This document shows positions 50,101 through 63,352 of a stretch of DNA of 64,000 nucleotides, piece by piece (position 1 is the stretch's first letter; every line of letters begins with the position of its first letter). The DNA comes from Intoshia linei. Lineage: Eukaryota > Animalia > Orthonectida. The stretch spans positions 1-64,000 of the forward strand of contig LWCA01000009.1 in assembly GCA_001642005.1 (NCBI GenBank), in the 5' to 3' direction. The translations under genes were made by a program, and so were the position numbers. The notes below the pieces were generated by a model. That model searched no databases. It had not been told where the DNA came from and was given only the letters and a program-made list of their open reading frames with translations.

Positions 50101-53100
50101 GACGAGGAGAATTAAAATTGATTAAAATGTTTCAAACAAATATATTTGAAAATTTTTTAAATGGAACTACCTTGAAAGAATGTTATGGCGCAGTCGCTGA
50201 ATCTGCAAATTTTTGGCTTGATGTATTGTATAAGCAGGTTTGTTTATTTTTAAAAGATTACTCATAATTATAGGCAGAAAACATGTGCTTAGACGAATTG
50301 TTTGAATTATTAGCTGAAAGCCGGAATATGAGCAAATGTTTAAAAGAATATGGCTCTCTCAGATCCACTTCTGTTACTACTGCAAGAAGATTAGTCGAGG
50401 TGAGTATTTAAGTATACATTTTATTAATATTTTAGCTACTCGGAGATACTGTAGGAAAAGAAAAAGGACTTTGTTGTAGATACATAATTTGTAATAAACC
50501 CGTGGGTGAACCTGTGAGTGAAAGAGCTATTCCTGTTGTAATTTTCCAATCTCAATCTAAAATTCGAGATTATTTTTTGAAAAAATGGATGAAAATTAAT
50601 TTTATTGATGATAGTTGTGATATTAGGGATTATATTGACTGGAATTATTACATTGAACGCTTAAACAGTACAATTCAAAAAATTATTACGATTCCTGCCG
50701 CTTTACAAGGTGTCGAGAATCCGGTAGAGCGATGTCCTCATCCGGATTGGCTAAAAAAAAGAATTACAAAAAAAATAAAAACCAACCAACAAAATAGGAT
50801 TACGGACATGTTTAGATTTAACAGAAAAGTTAAATCGCATATGAATGATTTTGAAAACGAACCTGAGCCAAGACACATCAGTATCAATCAAGTTTTTTGT
50901 CATTGGAAAAATTTAATACTATTTTAGCAAACATCAATTTCAATAGTAAAAGATGATGAACAATTAAAGTATATAGATCATTGGCGTCAGGTTTTAGGAA
51001 ATCCTCCTGTTCAAACTGATTCATTTGTTTTGTGTTTAGTTTTAATACTTTATGAAATTTAGGATTCATTTGATGAATGGTTACAATTCCATAAGAAAAA
51101 ATGGGTTTTTTTGATACAACAAATGAAAATGATGAAAAACAATAAATATTTGACAAGGAAACCTGCAATGGTGGGAATGGAAAAATATGTTTATAAAGCG
51201 AATTTAAACTTGACGAATAATATTTGGTCCATCATTCAGGTATATTTTATGAACTTTTCATTAGTTTATAGATATCTGCTTTAAATAAAAACAAATTTAA
51301 CGTTTGGATTATGCTTGGTAGTTCAATTCAAAAAATAGTTCTTTACTGTCCAAATATATTTTATGTCAACTATAAAAACGAACTGGATGAAGCAAAAATT
51401 GGGAAAAGTTTATATTTTATTTATTCTTTACTTATTTTTCAGATGTTTACAAAACAAAAAAATTTCTTCCTAGATCTGAAAAATGTACACATTTATATCA
51501 GTATTCTCTTGATTACAGAGAATTTAAAGATTTCATTGAGTCATTTAATCTAATTTTTGATTGTGATTTTGAATTTAGAAACATTGATATTTCTTTGGTT
51601 AAAGGAATATACGAGTCCAAAGTTTCGATTAATTTTAGAATTTTTTCAGTTCTAGGAAATCAATGGTTATTAGACAATGCAAAGGATCACGATGAACTCA
51701 TTTCGGTAATTAGTGTATGTATTTGATTTTTATTTATTTATAGAAAAAATTTAATTTTGACGAATTTTTAATTAATCCAACAATTTCTTCTAATGATTAC
51801 CTTGAAATGTTTGATATATCCGGAAACGTCGAATTTGTTATGTATTATCACAAAAGGTATTTTTTTTGTTTATACTTTTTCTTCTTATCTCTGAAATATC
51901 GATAGCTAAGAATACCTAACATTAATTGTTATTGATTATTTAGTGTTCATCGAGAATTGGTTGTTTTATATGTTGTTTCATCGTTAAAATGCTTTGTTTA
52001 CTTTGTTGAAGACATTGCTTCAAAATTAGTAGACCTAAATTTGAATCTTTCTGGTATGTATGATAAAATAAGGTATATTTTGCAAAAATTCAAGTAGACT
52101 ATTATTATTATTTAGAGTTAATACAACGGAATTCATATTTGATAAACTGTTCAATTTTACTACCAAAGCTTTCAGATCAATTGAAAATGCGTTTATTGAC
52201 TTAAAAAATATAATAGCTAAACCAGAAAATGGAAAAATAGCTATATTGTCTTTTAAAAATGGTAAATTTATCATGAACTTTTAGTTTTCCAATTTTAACA
52301 GTTTTTTTTAACATTACACAATTAAAATGATTTAAAATTAACATTTAATTTGATTGTCTGTTTTATTTTAAAAGGACGGATTAATCTAAGGATATAACCC
52401 GCCCGGTGATACCAAAAATTATATCAACGAAATCTCTTGATGACGATTCCGAATATCATTTAAAATTTTTACGTTTCAAATGTTATTTGTATAAAAATAC
52501 ATTGACCCTTTTATGATAATTTTATCAATGTGTTACTTTATAACTACTTTATTTATATAACATTTAAAAATTATCATAATATATTCACAAATAAAATTGT
52601 TAGATTTGAATGAAAACACTGAAAGTGGTATTGAATCAATGTTTTCTGAAATTCCTTGCATCAAAATGAAACATAAACATAAGTAATTTTTATAGGGATT
52701 TTACTTACATTGTTAACAACTTGTGTAAACTAGCACTAACATATTACTTAACCCTTTCACTGTCTGTGTATTCAATATTATACACTACATAATTTTGAAC
52801 GACTTTATTATTTTATTTTCATACATTTTCACATAGGTAATTTAAAAAGTATACAAGTTTAAATGAAAACATAATATTAAAATGTTTATTATTTGTGCGA
52901 TTAACTAAATAACATGATAATTGTGACGGAATTGAACTGAGAACGACAAAAATTGTATAATCTTGAATTTCCTTTTAAAATACGATTTTTAGTATAAATT
53001 TTTATAATATTAAAATGTTTATTATTTGTGCGAATAACAATTATAATTACCGCGTAATATCGTTCCAAGAGAAGCACGATGCTTTCCTTTGTAGAAAAGA

Positions 53101-56100
53101 TAAACAGACGAAGGCCTACATTGATTATACTAGCTCTTATTCGAGAGAACTAATAGGTCCATTAATGTATTTATAAATAAACATGTCTTTTAATTTCATA
53201 TCATTTCTCCATTATTATTATATTTCATCGTGTTGGATGAAACATCAATATATTTAATATTTTTCATTACTGTTAAAAGTACATTATTTCAACAATTTAT
53301 ATTCCAAATTTTAATAATGATATCGTGTGTGGTCAGTGGTCTCAAAAAAGTTAGAAATGATAAAAAATAGTCTTTCAAATTTATTATAATTTCTTGACCA
53401 ATTTGTTAAAAATGTATTAATTTAATTGCACTATTCTGCCAGTTAAATTGATAAAAAGTGATATCATCATTACTGTTAAATTTGAGAAATATTATTTTCA
53501 ATTTTAAACCTACTGCTAGCTTAAGTAAAATAACTTAGTTTAAATTATTTTGATTTTTATGCATTAATGTTAATTAATAAAAAATTAGAAATAATTTATA
53601 CGCTGTTTTATCCTGGAGAAAATTGGCTGTCGATGAAATGTTTCAATTTATGCTTGAATTACCACAAATTTATAGGGTCGTTTGATATATTTATAATTTA
53701 TAATTATTTAGAATTTACTAGTGAAATCCAAATATTATGGAATTCCAATTGGAAATATTGGCCAAATTAGTTCACTTAATTTGTACTCAATAGATTTGTT
53801 TTACGCTCGATTTTTGACGAAAGCTAATCATCTTTGGTGGTTTTCTACATCTACACAGCCTGATTTAGGGACTATATCAAATCATTCAACTCAAACGTAT
53901 TCAATCATGTATTGCTTATTTTAAAATATGTATTAGTACCGAAACTGAGGAATCCTCATTTGTTTCATTTATTGATCCAAACTTGTGTACATCCATTACT
54001 GCAGATATTTCCATTTCCAATATTGCTATTTCTGCTGTTATTAATGTATGTTTTGATTTAAATATTTATTGTGTTAAATGTAGCACGAAGATATTATAGA
54101 ATATGAAGGAGGAAATATTAACAGTTATGACATGCTGGCTCAGCAATCTTTAATAGATGTAATTGCCGGTAAATCTATTACTAGTTTAGAAAATTTCGAT
54201 GAAAAAATGTTAGCTTTGTCGAGTTTAAGGTTTTATAATTTTATTTTATTATAAGGATAAAAGTATATTCTAGAATACTGCGGTCTTTTTTGCAATACTT
54301 GTTGAATGAAATTAGCAAATTTAAAAATAAATTGGCTGACAAACAGTTGGTTCAGTTTTATAGGTACTTTAGTTTTTTGTTTAGTTTAATATTTCTTACA
54401 GGTGGCTGAGGTTGGGTACATCTCTATTTTACGATGAAGCTTTGAAGAATTTGGTAAACATGTATATGAAGAAAATGTGTTTTCAGGTTTCATTCTTTTT
54501 TATAAATATTAACCGTTTTACAATTTATATGTGTTATAGCTCATTTCTGAATTAAAAAGTTTGGGAGCAAAAATTGTTCACGCCACATTTAGTAGAATTA
54601 TTATTGATACAAAACGCCAATCTTTCACAGATAGTATATCATATGCTAAGTATCTTATCGAGTGTATTCAAAAACATCAATATTTCCAGATATTATGTTT
54701 TAATTGCGAAAATTACTACAAACTTTTATTGTGGAAGGATGAGGTTTTTACATTATTCCATTTTATTTACTGTTATAGAATAATTTTTGTGCTTTTCCTT
54801 TGCAGCTTGATCAACCCGATGATATTTCACAGGTTTGTGATATATAATTGTGATGCCATAAAATTAGAATTCAATCGAGAGTCATTGGAGCATAGCAAAT
54901 TATCTACCTACCATATTTGATATTCATGCATCATTCGAGGTTTAGTTGTATTTTTGTTTATTGTGTGAATTGTCATTTATTACATTACCCACATCTTTTC
55001 AGTAATTTCAAATTATATCAATAGGAATGGTATTTACCACTACAGTCATAATAAATCGCGTTTTTGATTTAATATTCATTAGGTTTTGTAAAATTACTGA
55101 AAAGGTTTTATTGATTAATTTTAATTTTCATAAATTTTTAGTCGTTCATTGTAGGCTATATGGTTTCTATAGCTGATTTTTTAAATAATGAATCAAATGA
55201 CATAGGATGTACCCCAATTTTAAAAAAACGTACAATTCAGGATGATTATGCAGACGATAATGTAATTATACTTTTAGATTGAAATAATATGAATTTAGTC
55301 AAGTTCTGCTTGGTATGTAGAAAAATTTCCAAATTTAAATCAGTTTTGCTCTAATTTAATTAAAAATCAACTTTCAAACGAATTATTTGAGTATTATTTA
55401 TATGATTATAATTTAGAAATTTAAAGTAAAAAAACTAACTACTTCATCATCGTTTTGGATTATGTATTAAATATCGTGATCGTAAATCAAAAGATCGTAT
55501 TTTATTTTGTTTTAGTTTAAATTACATAATTCATTAACTAGTTATAGTTACCTTAACTAGTTCATTTAATTTAGACTATAGACTTAAGTTAAAACTGAAA
55601 TATTAAGATACCATATTATACCTACAAACGATATTACAAAAATATTAGAAATATTCTATGATGTTGAAACCAGAGAATATTTTTTTATACAATTCAATTT
55701 AGTATATTTAGTTTAGTTACGAAGTTTATTTTTACGATCTTTTGATAGTGCGTCATTAAATATTAATAAATTAATTATTTTTGCTAATATTTAATATTTA
55801 TCTATAATTTAAAATATTGAATCATGTTATTCAATTTAGATTTGTTACTAATCAATTTAATAATACCCCCAGAAACAAAACTTTATTATCCGAAAATACC
55901 AAATCCATATGGAACTTTTTGCCATACCAAAAATCTAGTTCAATTTATATGAAAAATATAATTTTGTATTTTATCACAGCTATAATAGAGGTTATAATTA
56001 TAATTATTTTTTTATCAATATTTAGATACTACAATTACATGAAATTGTTTCGAGAGATATTATTAAACTTAAATCAAATTTGCTTAAAATTATTGGAGTA

Positions 56101-56742
56101 TTGGAATATTCCGATATCTCAAATTATAATAATTTATCTTATAAATTTGTTCTTTCAGAAGTATAAACTTGCTTAATATTTTTCTATTTTTTTTAGTTAA
56201 TTTGTAAACGCTGTAATTTTTCGAGAAGCATTGATATTTGTTCTGATTATACTATTGATTGGTTCAGTATTCCGTAATATTATTATACTTTTATATTAAA
56301 TTAATGAATGTAAATGATTTAGCATAGAAATAAAATGTACAAATTGCAATGATATTTACCCCAAAAACGAAATTGAATATATATTGCTTCACGATATCGA
56401 AAAATCATTTAAATTAATTAAAGATCCTATAGAATCCTGCCCCCAATGCGTAATTATTTTATTTTTAAAAATAAATTATTGTATTAGGATAGAATTGTAT
56501 CATTCAATAATTTTTGTCAGTGTCGTCAGCAGTATGATGTAAGTTGTAAACGTTTCATTAAAAAATTGGAAATATTTGATAAAATTTCAAAGTAATTGTA
56601 AATTATTATTTATTGTAAATAAATTTATTTAATATTTAGGTTATTTCAATTTTCTGATTTAATACAGGTTACAGAAGGATTGTGTCAAATTAAATTGGTT
56701 TGCAAATTGATTAAAAAATTTGAAAAAGTTGAAAAATATTAA
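47164..56742 (+). CDS. POLE: DNA polymerase epsilon catalytic subunit A
   Basis: GWLMN, exonuclease [14 protein letters not shown] and [11 protein letters not shown], polymerase [19 protein letters not shown] and ELDTDG. The C-terminal half lies in many small exons ending in CysA (CKRC...CTNC) and CysB (CPQC...CQC). Confidence 0.96.
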
Positions 56743-56774
56743 TATTACATGATATGTTTTAATTGTATAATACA

Positions 56775-57550
56775 TTATAATTTATATATTTCTTTCTTTT
56801 TTAGGTTTTTGGTATCTGTTTTGACAATTACTTTTATACCTTCTTTAATTTGAATAGCGTGTATAATCATTTTTGTACTGAAAAAAGGAAAACAAAGTAA
56901 TGTCAGGAAAATTGCTAATCAATTATATAAATATTACATTTCATAATATACTTATTCCATTTGGAAAATGATAATTCAAATACACGCATATGTAAAACAT
57001 TTCTCTACAAAACCAAACCATATAACTTGTCCACTATATTATTTAAATGATGTATTCTTTAAATTACCGTATCTGTAAAATAAAATTTTAAAATTGGATT
57101 TTTGATATCTGTTATTTTCTGATTTAGAGCCGCGCTAAATATTTATTACCGTATTTTACCAATTACCTGTGAAAATATATCATATGTTCCGCTAAATCAA
57201 TTATACTAACAATACAAATGTATGCAATGTATCTTTCATAATATATTGATATAATAAACATTATAGATATATCCGTGAATCTGTCTGTTAACATGTCCAT
57301 CACTGCTCCGAATAGAGAACCTATTTTATAAAGTTTGACAATTTTTAAATTTAATTTATCATTGATTATACATTCGAGCTACCTTCCCATCAAATATATC
57401 CAAAATAATATTCAAAAAGTGAAACAAGGTCGCCACCATCGGGTTATTTAAATAGTTAAAGCATGAAATAAATAACAACAATGAAACAAATAATTCTGCA
57501 ATAACCCAACAAATTTGGCAGATAAATATATACGTTTTTTCAGAATTCAT
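56775..57550 (-). CDS. CDP-alcohol phosphatidyltransferase, phosphatidylinositol synthase (CDIPT)-like
   Basis: LDIFDGKVARMYNQ|xSLFGAVMDMLTDR fits the DxxDGxxAR...GxxxDxxxD signature, followed by hydrophobic exons. Confidence 0.82.
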
Positions 57551-58991
57551 TTTAAAGTTAACGCACTTATTCAGTTCAATTTTACAGTAAATGTATATAT
57601 GTTAATAAAATATATATGTACGTATTGGTATATAGGTTTAGTGAATAATCTTATCGTTACGCTATTACAAATGATGCTTATTCGTTTTAGAATGAATATG
57701 TAAGAATCCATTTTAAATACAGCCCACTTTATAGAAGGAATGGTCCATTATAAACCTTATGTTACATTTAATTACTACTGTTTACCTTTTGCTCATTGAA
57801 TGGTTAAAAAAATTCTTGTAAATTATTATTAAATTTTAAATGTTAATAAATTAATCCATTTAGGCAAAGAATAGTTAATAATTTTAATTTTTTATAAATT
57901 TTCGTTCTTCATTTCAGGGTAGCCATTTTTCTTTGTTTACCCAGGGATTCCCAAACTGATTTGATTTGACCGCTACCTTTTTAACAAATTTTTTAGTAAC
58001 GCCCCATTTAAAAAATTTTCGAGCACATCGTATAATATTTATTTAAAAATTTACTCAATAATTATTAATTAACAAAAATTTTTTTTAATTCAATTGATTA
58101 TGAGATATTTCCAAGTTAATATTAATGAAAATTATATATTTATTACTGTGTCACTGTTTATCTCAGTGGATCCCAAACTGGCCATAATAAATATGACATA
58201 AATATCATTGACCCATAAAAAATTTTTTAATAAAAAAATCTAAATGACTACAATAAATATTACATTATATAACTGTTAAATTATAACATTTAATACATAA
58301 ATTTCAAAGTGTACTAATCGATCTAAATCATAAATCTAAATCAATCGTACAAATCTCGAGATATTTAAATATTCTTAAATTTAAAATGTCATTAATCTTG
58401 TAAATACTTTGAAAAAATTAGAAGACAAATAATTGAAAAGATTTCTACGATAAAATGTAATGGTGGAAAATATCATGTGACGAGTTGACCAGTTTTAAAA
58501 ATAAAAAATATTTGAATGTACATCTTTACAATCTAAAAATGATTTTAATCTCGGACTTATTCCTATATGTGGAAGTTGTAATGATACAAAATGTTAAATA
58601 AATCAAATTTTCATGAAAAACTATTGTTATAAAATGACCAATAATTGTAATATAAAATTTTAATAAATTACCGAATGAATAGAATGTGAAATGTCACCGC
58701 AATTAATGGTCTGTCGTAAAATGTAACTATGAACAACATAAGACAAATAATTCTTATATACCCGATAATTGTTATCGGGTATAAAAAGATAAACATTTGA
58801 TTTTATGACAAATAAAAAGAATAACTAAAGTGATTAAAAATTTGAATAGACCCAATTAAAAAAAATTTTGATTATATGAAAAAACAAAATAATAATTCAT
58901 CAAAGTGGTTTATAATATTGATATTGTCTATACATATAATGTAGTATATTAAATTAAGTTATTGAATGGAAACAATCAAAAAATTTAATAA

Positions 58992-59475
58992 TTAGATCAT
59001 TGACATTTTCTGATTTCTAATTTCTAATTTCAAAACTTTGTTGAATATGGTGTAGTCTATAAGAGAAACTCTAGCAATGTCTGTTATAAATTTGTTTTTT
59101 CCAGTATCCATAATCTAAAAGAGTATTAATATTGTATATCAATAAAATTACATCTTTTAAGCTTGGGTTTGTGCCAATAATATCTGATTTTTTCGGTCGA
59201 ATGTAAATACCCATCCTTTCTAACAATGCGTGCCGGCATATGATGTGATCAAGATTGTGTGAGTAAACGTTTGAATTTAATACCTGATGGATTTGTACAT
59301 TCATAGCATTTTTCATATACAAGTATTTTATTTCTGTAGAATATTCGAATGAATCCGTTAGAATAATGGGAGATTTCAATATGATTCGTTTTAGTTTGAT
59401 TTTTGAATATAATTCTTGTATTTTAGCTATATTCCATTGCAATTCTAAATCAAAGCGCGTTAAATGTATCAATAT
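58992..59475 (-). CDS. MTERF4: MTERF4-like protein, C-terminal two exons (5' exons unresolved)
   Basis: HIICRHALLERMGIYIRPKK...NPSLKD|IMDT...FITDIARVSLIDYTIFNKVL matches the MTERF4 C-terminal pattern (RHxxLERLG.Y..P...NP.LKDI). There is an acceptor at 59475 and an in-frame stop just upstream. Confidence 0.72.
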
Positions 59476-59502
59476 CTTAAAAATAAATTTAACAGATTAG
59501 TA

Positions 59503-60179
59503 ATGCAAAGAAAATCCAATGTGTTTAAAATAAAATTCAAACATAAAATATTTGAACATATGCATTTGAATGAAGAATATTCTGTTTTTGATAATATTCA
59601 GTCATTGATATTACTGGAAATTTTTAATCAACTGTATGACTGTAGAAAAGAACTGGAAGGATTAAAAACTAACAGATTGGAAAAAGGGCTAAATATAAAA
59701 ATTTTAAATGCATTTTTACAAAACTGCACAAATTTAAAGGTAACATTTCAGTTCCAATTTAAAATTAATTCATTTTAAATTTAAAGGCAGATTATATTAT
59801 CCGAATAATTGATTTATTGAGTACTATAGAGAAACAAGGAAACAAAGAAGTAGAAATTATGCATTTTGAAAATTTTGTCTTTATGGTGGCTATTCTTGTA
59901 GCTTTAAAAGACGGTAAACAAAAAATATTTTCCTTCAATCACGACAAAATTTTATTTAATCTGATAGATTCTGATAGATCCGGATCAATATGTTTAGATG
60001 AATTTTTAAGATTTGGGTTTTTATTGGGAATAAATAAAAATAAATCGTTAGAATCACTTTTTCGAAAATTTGATATTACTGGAGATAAAGAATTAGAATT
60101 CATGGAATTTCGGCTTCTCATTTTTGCATATATGGACGAAGAAGATAAATCAAATGAAATACAAACAAATGAACCATAG
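59503..60179 (+). CDS. EFCAB9: EF-hand calcium-binding protein EFCAB9-like (CatSper-associated in mammals)
   Basis: Two exons joined by a short intron at ~59740-59787. FLQNCTNLK|...FENFVFMVAILVA...LFNLIDSDRSGSI...LFRKFDITGDKELEFMEFRL parallels EFCAB9 (LFRDFDITGD..L...EFKL). An alternative start exists at 59464. Confidence 0.8.
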
Positions 60180-60730
60180 TCATTATACCTTTTTATACCT
60201 AATTCAATTTAATTTTAGTTTTATTATTATTTTGTAATTAAAAATATGTAGTAAAAATTCAGTTTTTCAACACTATGTAAATGACGTACAACAGACAATT
60301 AATTTAACTGACAGACTCAATTTTAAAAGAATTATGTCTAAAAATGATTTATGGATTCATAGGGGGAAAATAGTCAATATTCATTAATGTTATATTAAAA
60401 AAACATTACAACATTTATTAAAATTGTGTAATATTTTTGATAAATAAAGAAGTTTCAAATTAGATAAAAGTAGTCACTAATTTGCCTTCCCTGATATATA
60501 ATTTGTATAAAAACTTTTGTATAATTATCTTATCGTTTTATTTTTTATACTGAGAGATTTCGTTTAGTGGTGAAATCATTTTTTTATCAATTTTTGGAGC
60601 GTTTCATTTTAATTGGTCAATTATAATTATTGGTAATTACCAATGATCATATATGGGTCAGTCATCTTCATTGCATCAATTTAATATGATTACATTACAC
60701 TTAATAATTAATTAAGAAATAATATTAAAA

Positions 60731-61337
60731 TTATATACGTGAAAAAGATATATCGTTCAATTTTGTATTCTTGCTTATGATAAAATTTACGTCTTTGTAA
60801 CTATCCAATAATGGTAGCAAAATATTCTCAAGAGTAGTTTGGGTACTTTTAAATCTCTGGTTTATTTTGAATAAAAAATACATATTAACACCGTTACTAT
60901 ATATTCTTTTAAAATTGAATGTATTATCGCCTTTCATAGTTTAAAGTTTAAACTACTTACTGCTTAAAATTTAAACAGGTTAAGTAGAATTTTTATCAAT
61001 TGGGGATGTTTATTCGGATACAAAAATTGGCATACATTGTATATTAAAAATTTGAGATATATTCATTTTCCGAGAATTATGAAAATTCCCCGAAAAAAAT
61101 TACACATTACTGTATCAATTCTTTTCTAAATTTAATTTCGATGCCACTAAAATAAAGATTGTCGGAAGCTAATCTATAAAAAAAATTTAAATGATAATTT
61201 GCAGTCGATATCCACAGATCCGAACTATCAAATTCGAGGCACCAAAAATTATTTTCTAAAAAATATTTTCCAAATATATTTAAAATTATATCCTTAGCCG
61301 TATCCAAGGGTATTGATTCGCATTTTAAATTTAACAC
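60731..61337 (-). CDS. Probable exons of an unidentified protein-coding gene
   Basis: Two same-strand ORFs (76 and 68 aa) with protein-like composition that end at GT donor-like sites. No family recognised. Confidence 0.3.
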
Positions 61338-62002
61338 ATTATAGTTATGATATTTTTTATCAATATATTTTTTAAATGTTGAACCTGGAAAAACGATGCT
61401 TCATTTTTAAAAATCACTTTTTATCCCACCATTAATAAAGTTTAATAAAAAATACCATTTCAAACCCTCAGAGATAGAGATTGATTTTTACCGATATTTT
61501 TTTGATAAAATCCGATTTTATCAAACCTTATGAAAAAAATCTACTTAATCGAACCACAAAATAAAACTCTATATTAGCAAGGCTTAAAGGAATTATCCTC
61601 TTTTTCCAATATTTTTTTGAATAACACGATTTTCTAAATTTTATGATGAAAAACATTTAATTTATTCATTAATTTTTTATATTTCATGTTATCGTTGTCC
61701 AAAAAAAATAATGCCGGGAACCACTAATTAAAACACTGAAAAAATGAAAATATTTTGATTTTCATTCAATTTAACCTATTTACAGGTCATTTCATTTTAC
61801 TTAATTAATAATATACCATTATTATCATCATTAATAAATCAAGAAGAAAATAAAATGTTTTATGTATCTAAACTTTAGATTCTACAGCTTTTAATTTTAA
61901 TCGAAAAAGCTTTAATATAATTAAGCTAATCATTTTAAATTAACAATATAATGGAATTTTTGTATTTATAATTTTTTTAATTAAAAAAAATTTCGTCAAA
62001 AA

Positions 62003-62306
62003 GATGGTTGTTTGAGAGTAGTCTGAATTGAGTTAGAGTTAACCTCCCCGACAAATTGAGCTACAATATTGCCAGTTTATAACGAGCATTCTTGTCGAAA
62101 GAGCCGTTTCATTTTTCGATAGACAACCTCTGATCATTGGTTATGAAATCTACCGAAAATTCGTTTCTGTTCTCCATCAAATCCATTACTGGACGTGTTG
62201 CTGAACTATACCAATATTAGGTGACATATCTCAGACCTTCCCAAAGGCTAAAGTATGGAAAAGTTCCATTTATGTTGCCTCTATTGTCGACTTCAAACAA
62301 CCATCA
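62003..62306. mobile_element. Transposon remnant with 13-bp inverted ends and a hAT dimerisation-like fragment
   Basis: GATGGTTGTTTGA ... TCAAACAACCATC flank a GC-richer segment encoding ITSILVERAVSF. Confidence 0.4.
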
Positions 62307-63352
62307 ATAACACATGTTTACATGTTTATATACAAATGTTTTCATTTCATTTTGAATATTCATTAACATAATTTATTCAGTTTAATTTGTAAAATGTGTA
62401 TTTCTGTTTAATGCTTTTCAATTAAATTTGGTTTATTTTGTATTCTTAAGTTTGATTTTTTCACAAATTTAGTATTAATCGTTCAAAAGATTATTACGAA
62501 GAATCCATACAAAACATTCTATCGAAAAATAGCTGTAATTAACGTATAAATTAAATATCCATGTAAACGTTTTACAGTAATTTTTCAAACTTTTTATTTA
62601 ACGGAACTTTTTATGTGTATTCGCGATTTTTTTTCATTTTTATTTACACAGTAACGTATAAAATATAATTTTACCTAAATGATATAATATTGTAGTAATG
62701 TAAAAATGAATATTGATTTATAAAATTTTATTATTGAAAAAAATGGTCTTGAAGAGACACAAGGTGTATTATTTACACATATATAAAATTAAATGTGTGT
62801 GTTGGTGTTTATTTAAAAAATTCAAAAATTTATAATTTAAAAAAATCAAAATTTCTAGTACAGTTTTGCGAGAGTTATGTTTTTGTGCGAGTTACATTTT
62901 CATACATTGAATACATCCTTCAGGGTCAAACTCCCAATTCCCCATTTTTTTTTAATCAGAATAAAATTTAAGAAAATCATCCCTATAAACTTCAGAAATA
63001 AATTCACTTTATTATTTTGTAAAACTAGATTTTTAAAAAAATTAATATGGCTCTTATTCTAAACACCTGAGCATCCAATATGTAGTTAAAAAAATATTGT
63101 GGGTAACATAAAAATAAGTACTATAACAATGGTAATGTAGTAAAAAAGCTTTGGAAACACTGGTCTAACGGGATATCCCAAATAATCTGACTTGTTAACT
63201 GAAGCTTACGAAATCCAACTGGTTTATTTTGAAATTAGTTTTTTGAAGTGAAAAAAGTGTCTAAAGAACCGCTGATCCAAATATTATTTCATTGTATTAG
63301 TATAATACATGTGAATTATGTAGTCGTAACAATAAATAACAAACATTATCAA

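Noticed and set aside
52871-53035. 30-bp direct repeat ATAATATTAAAATGTTTATTATTTGTGCGA considered as CRISPR-like
   Set aside because: Only two copies, inside a eukaryotic intron, with no array or cas genes. A local duplication explains it.
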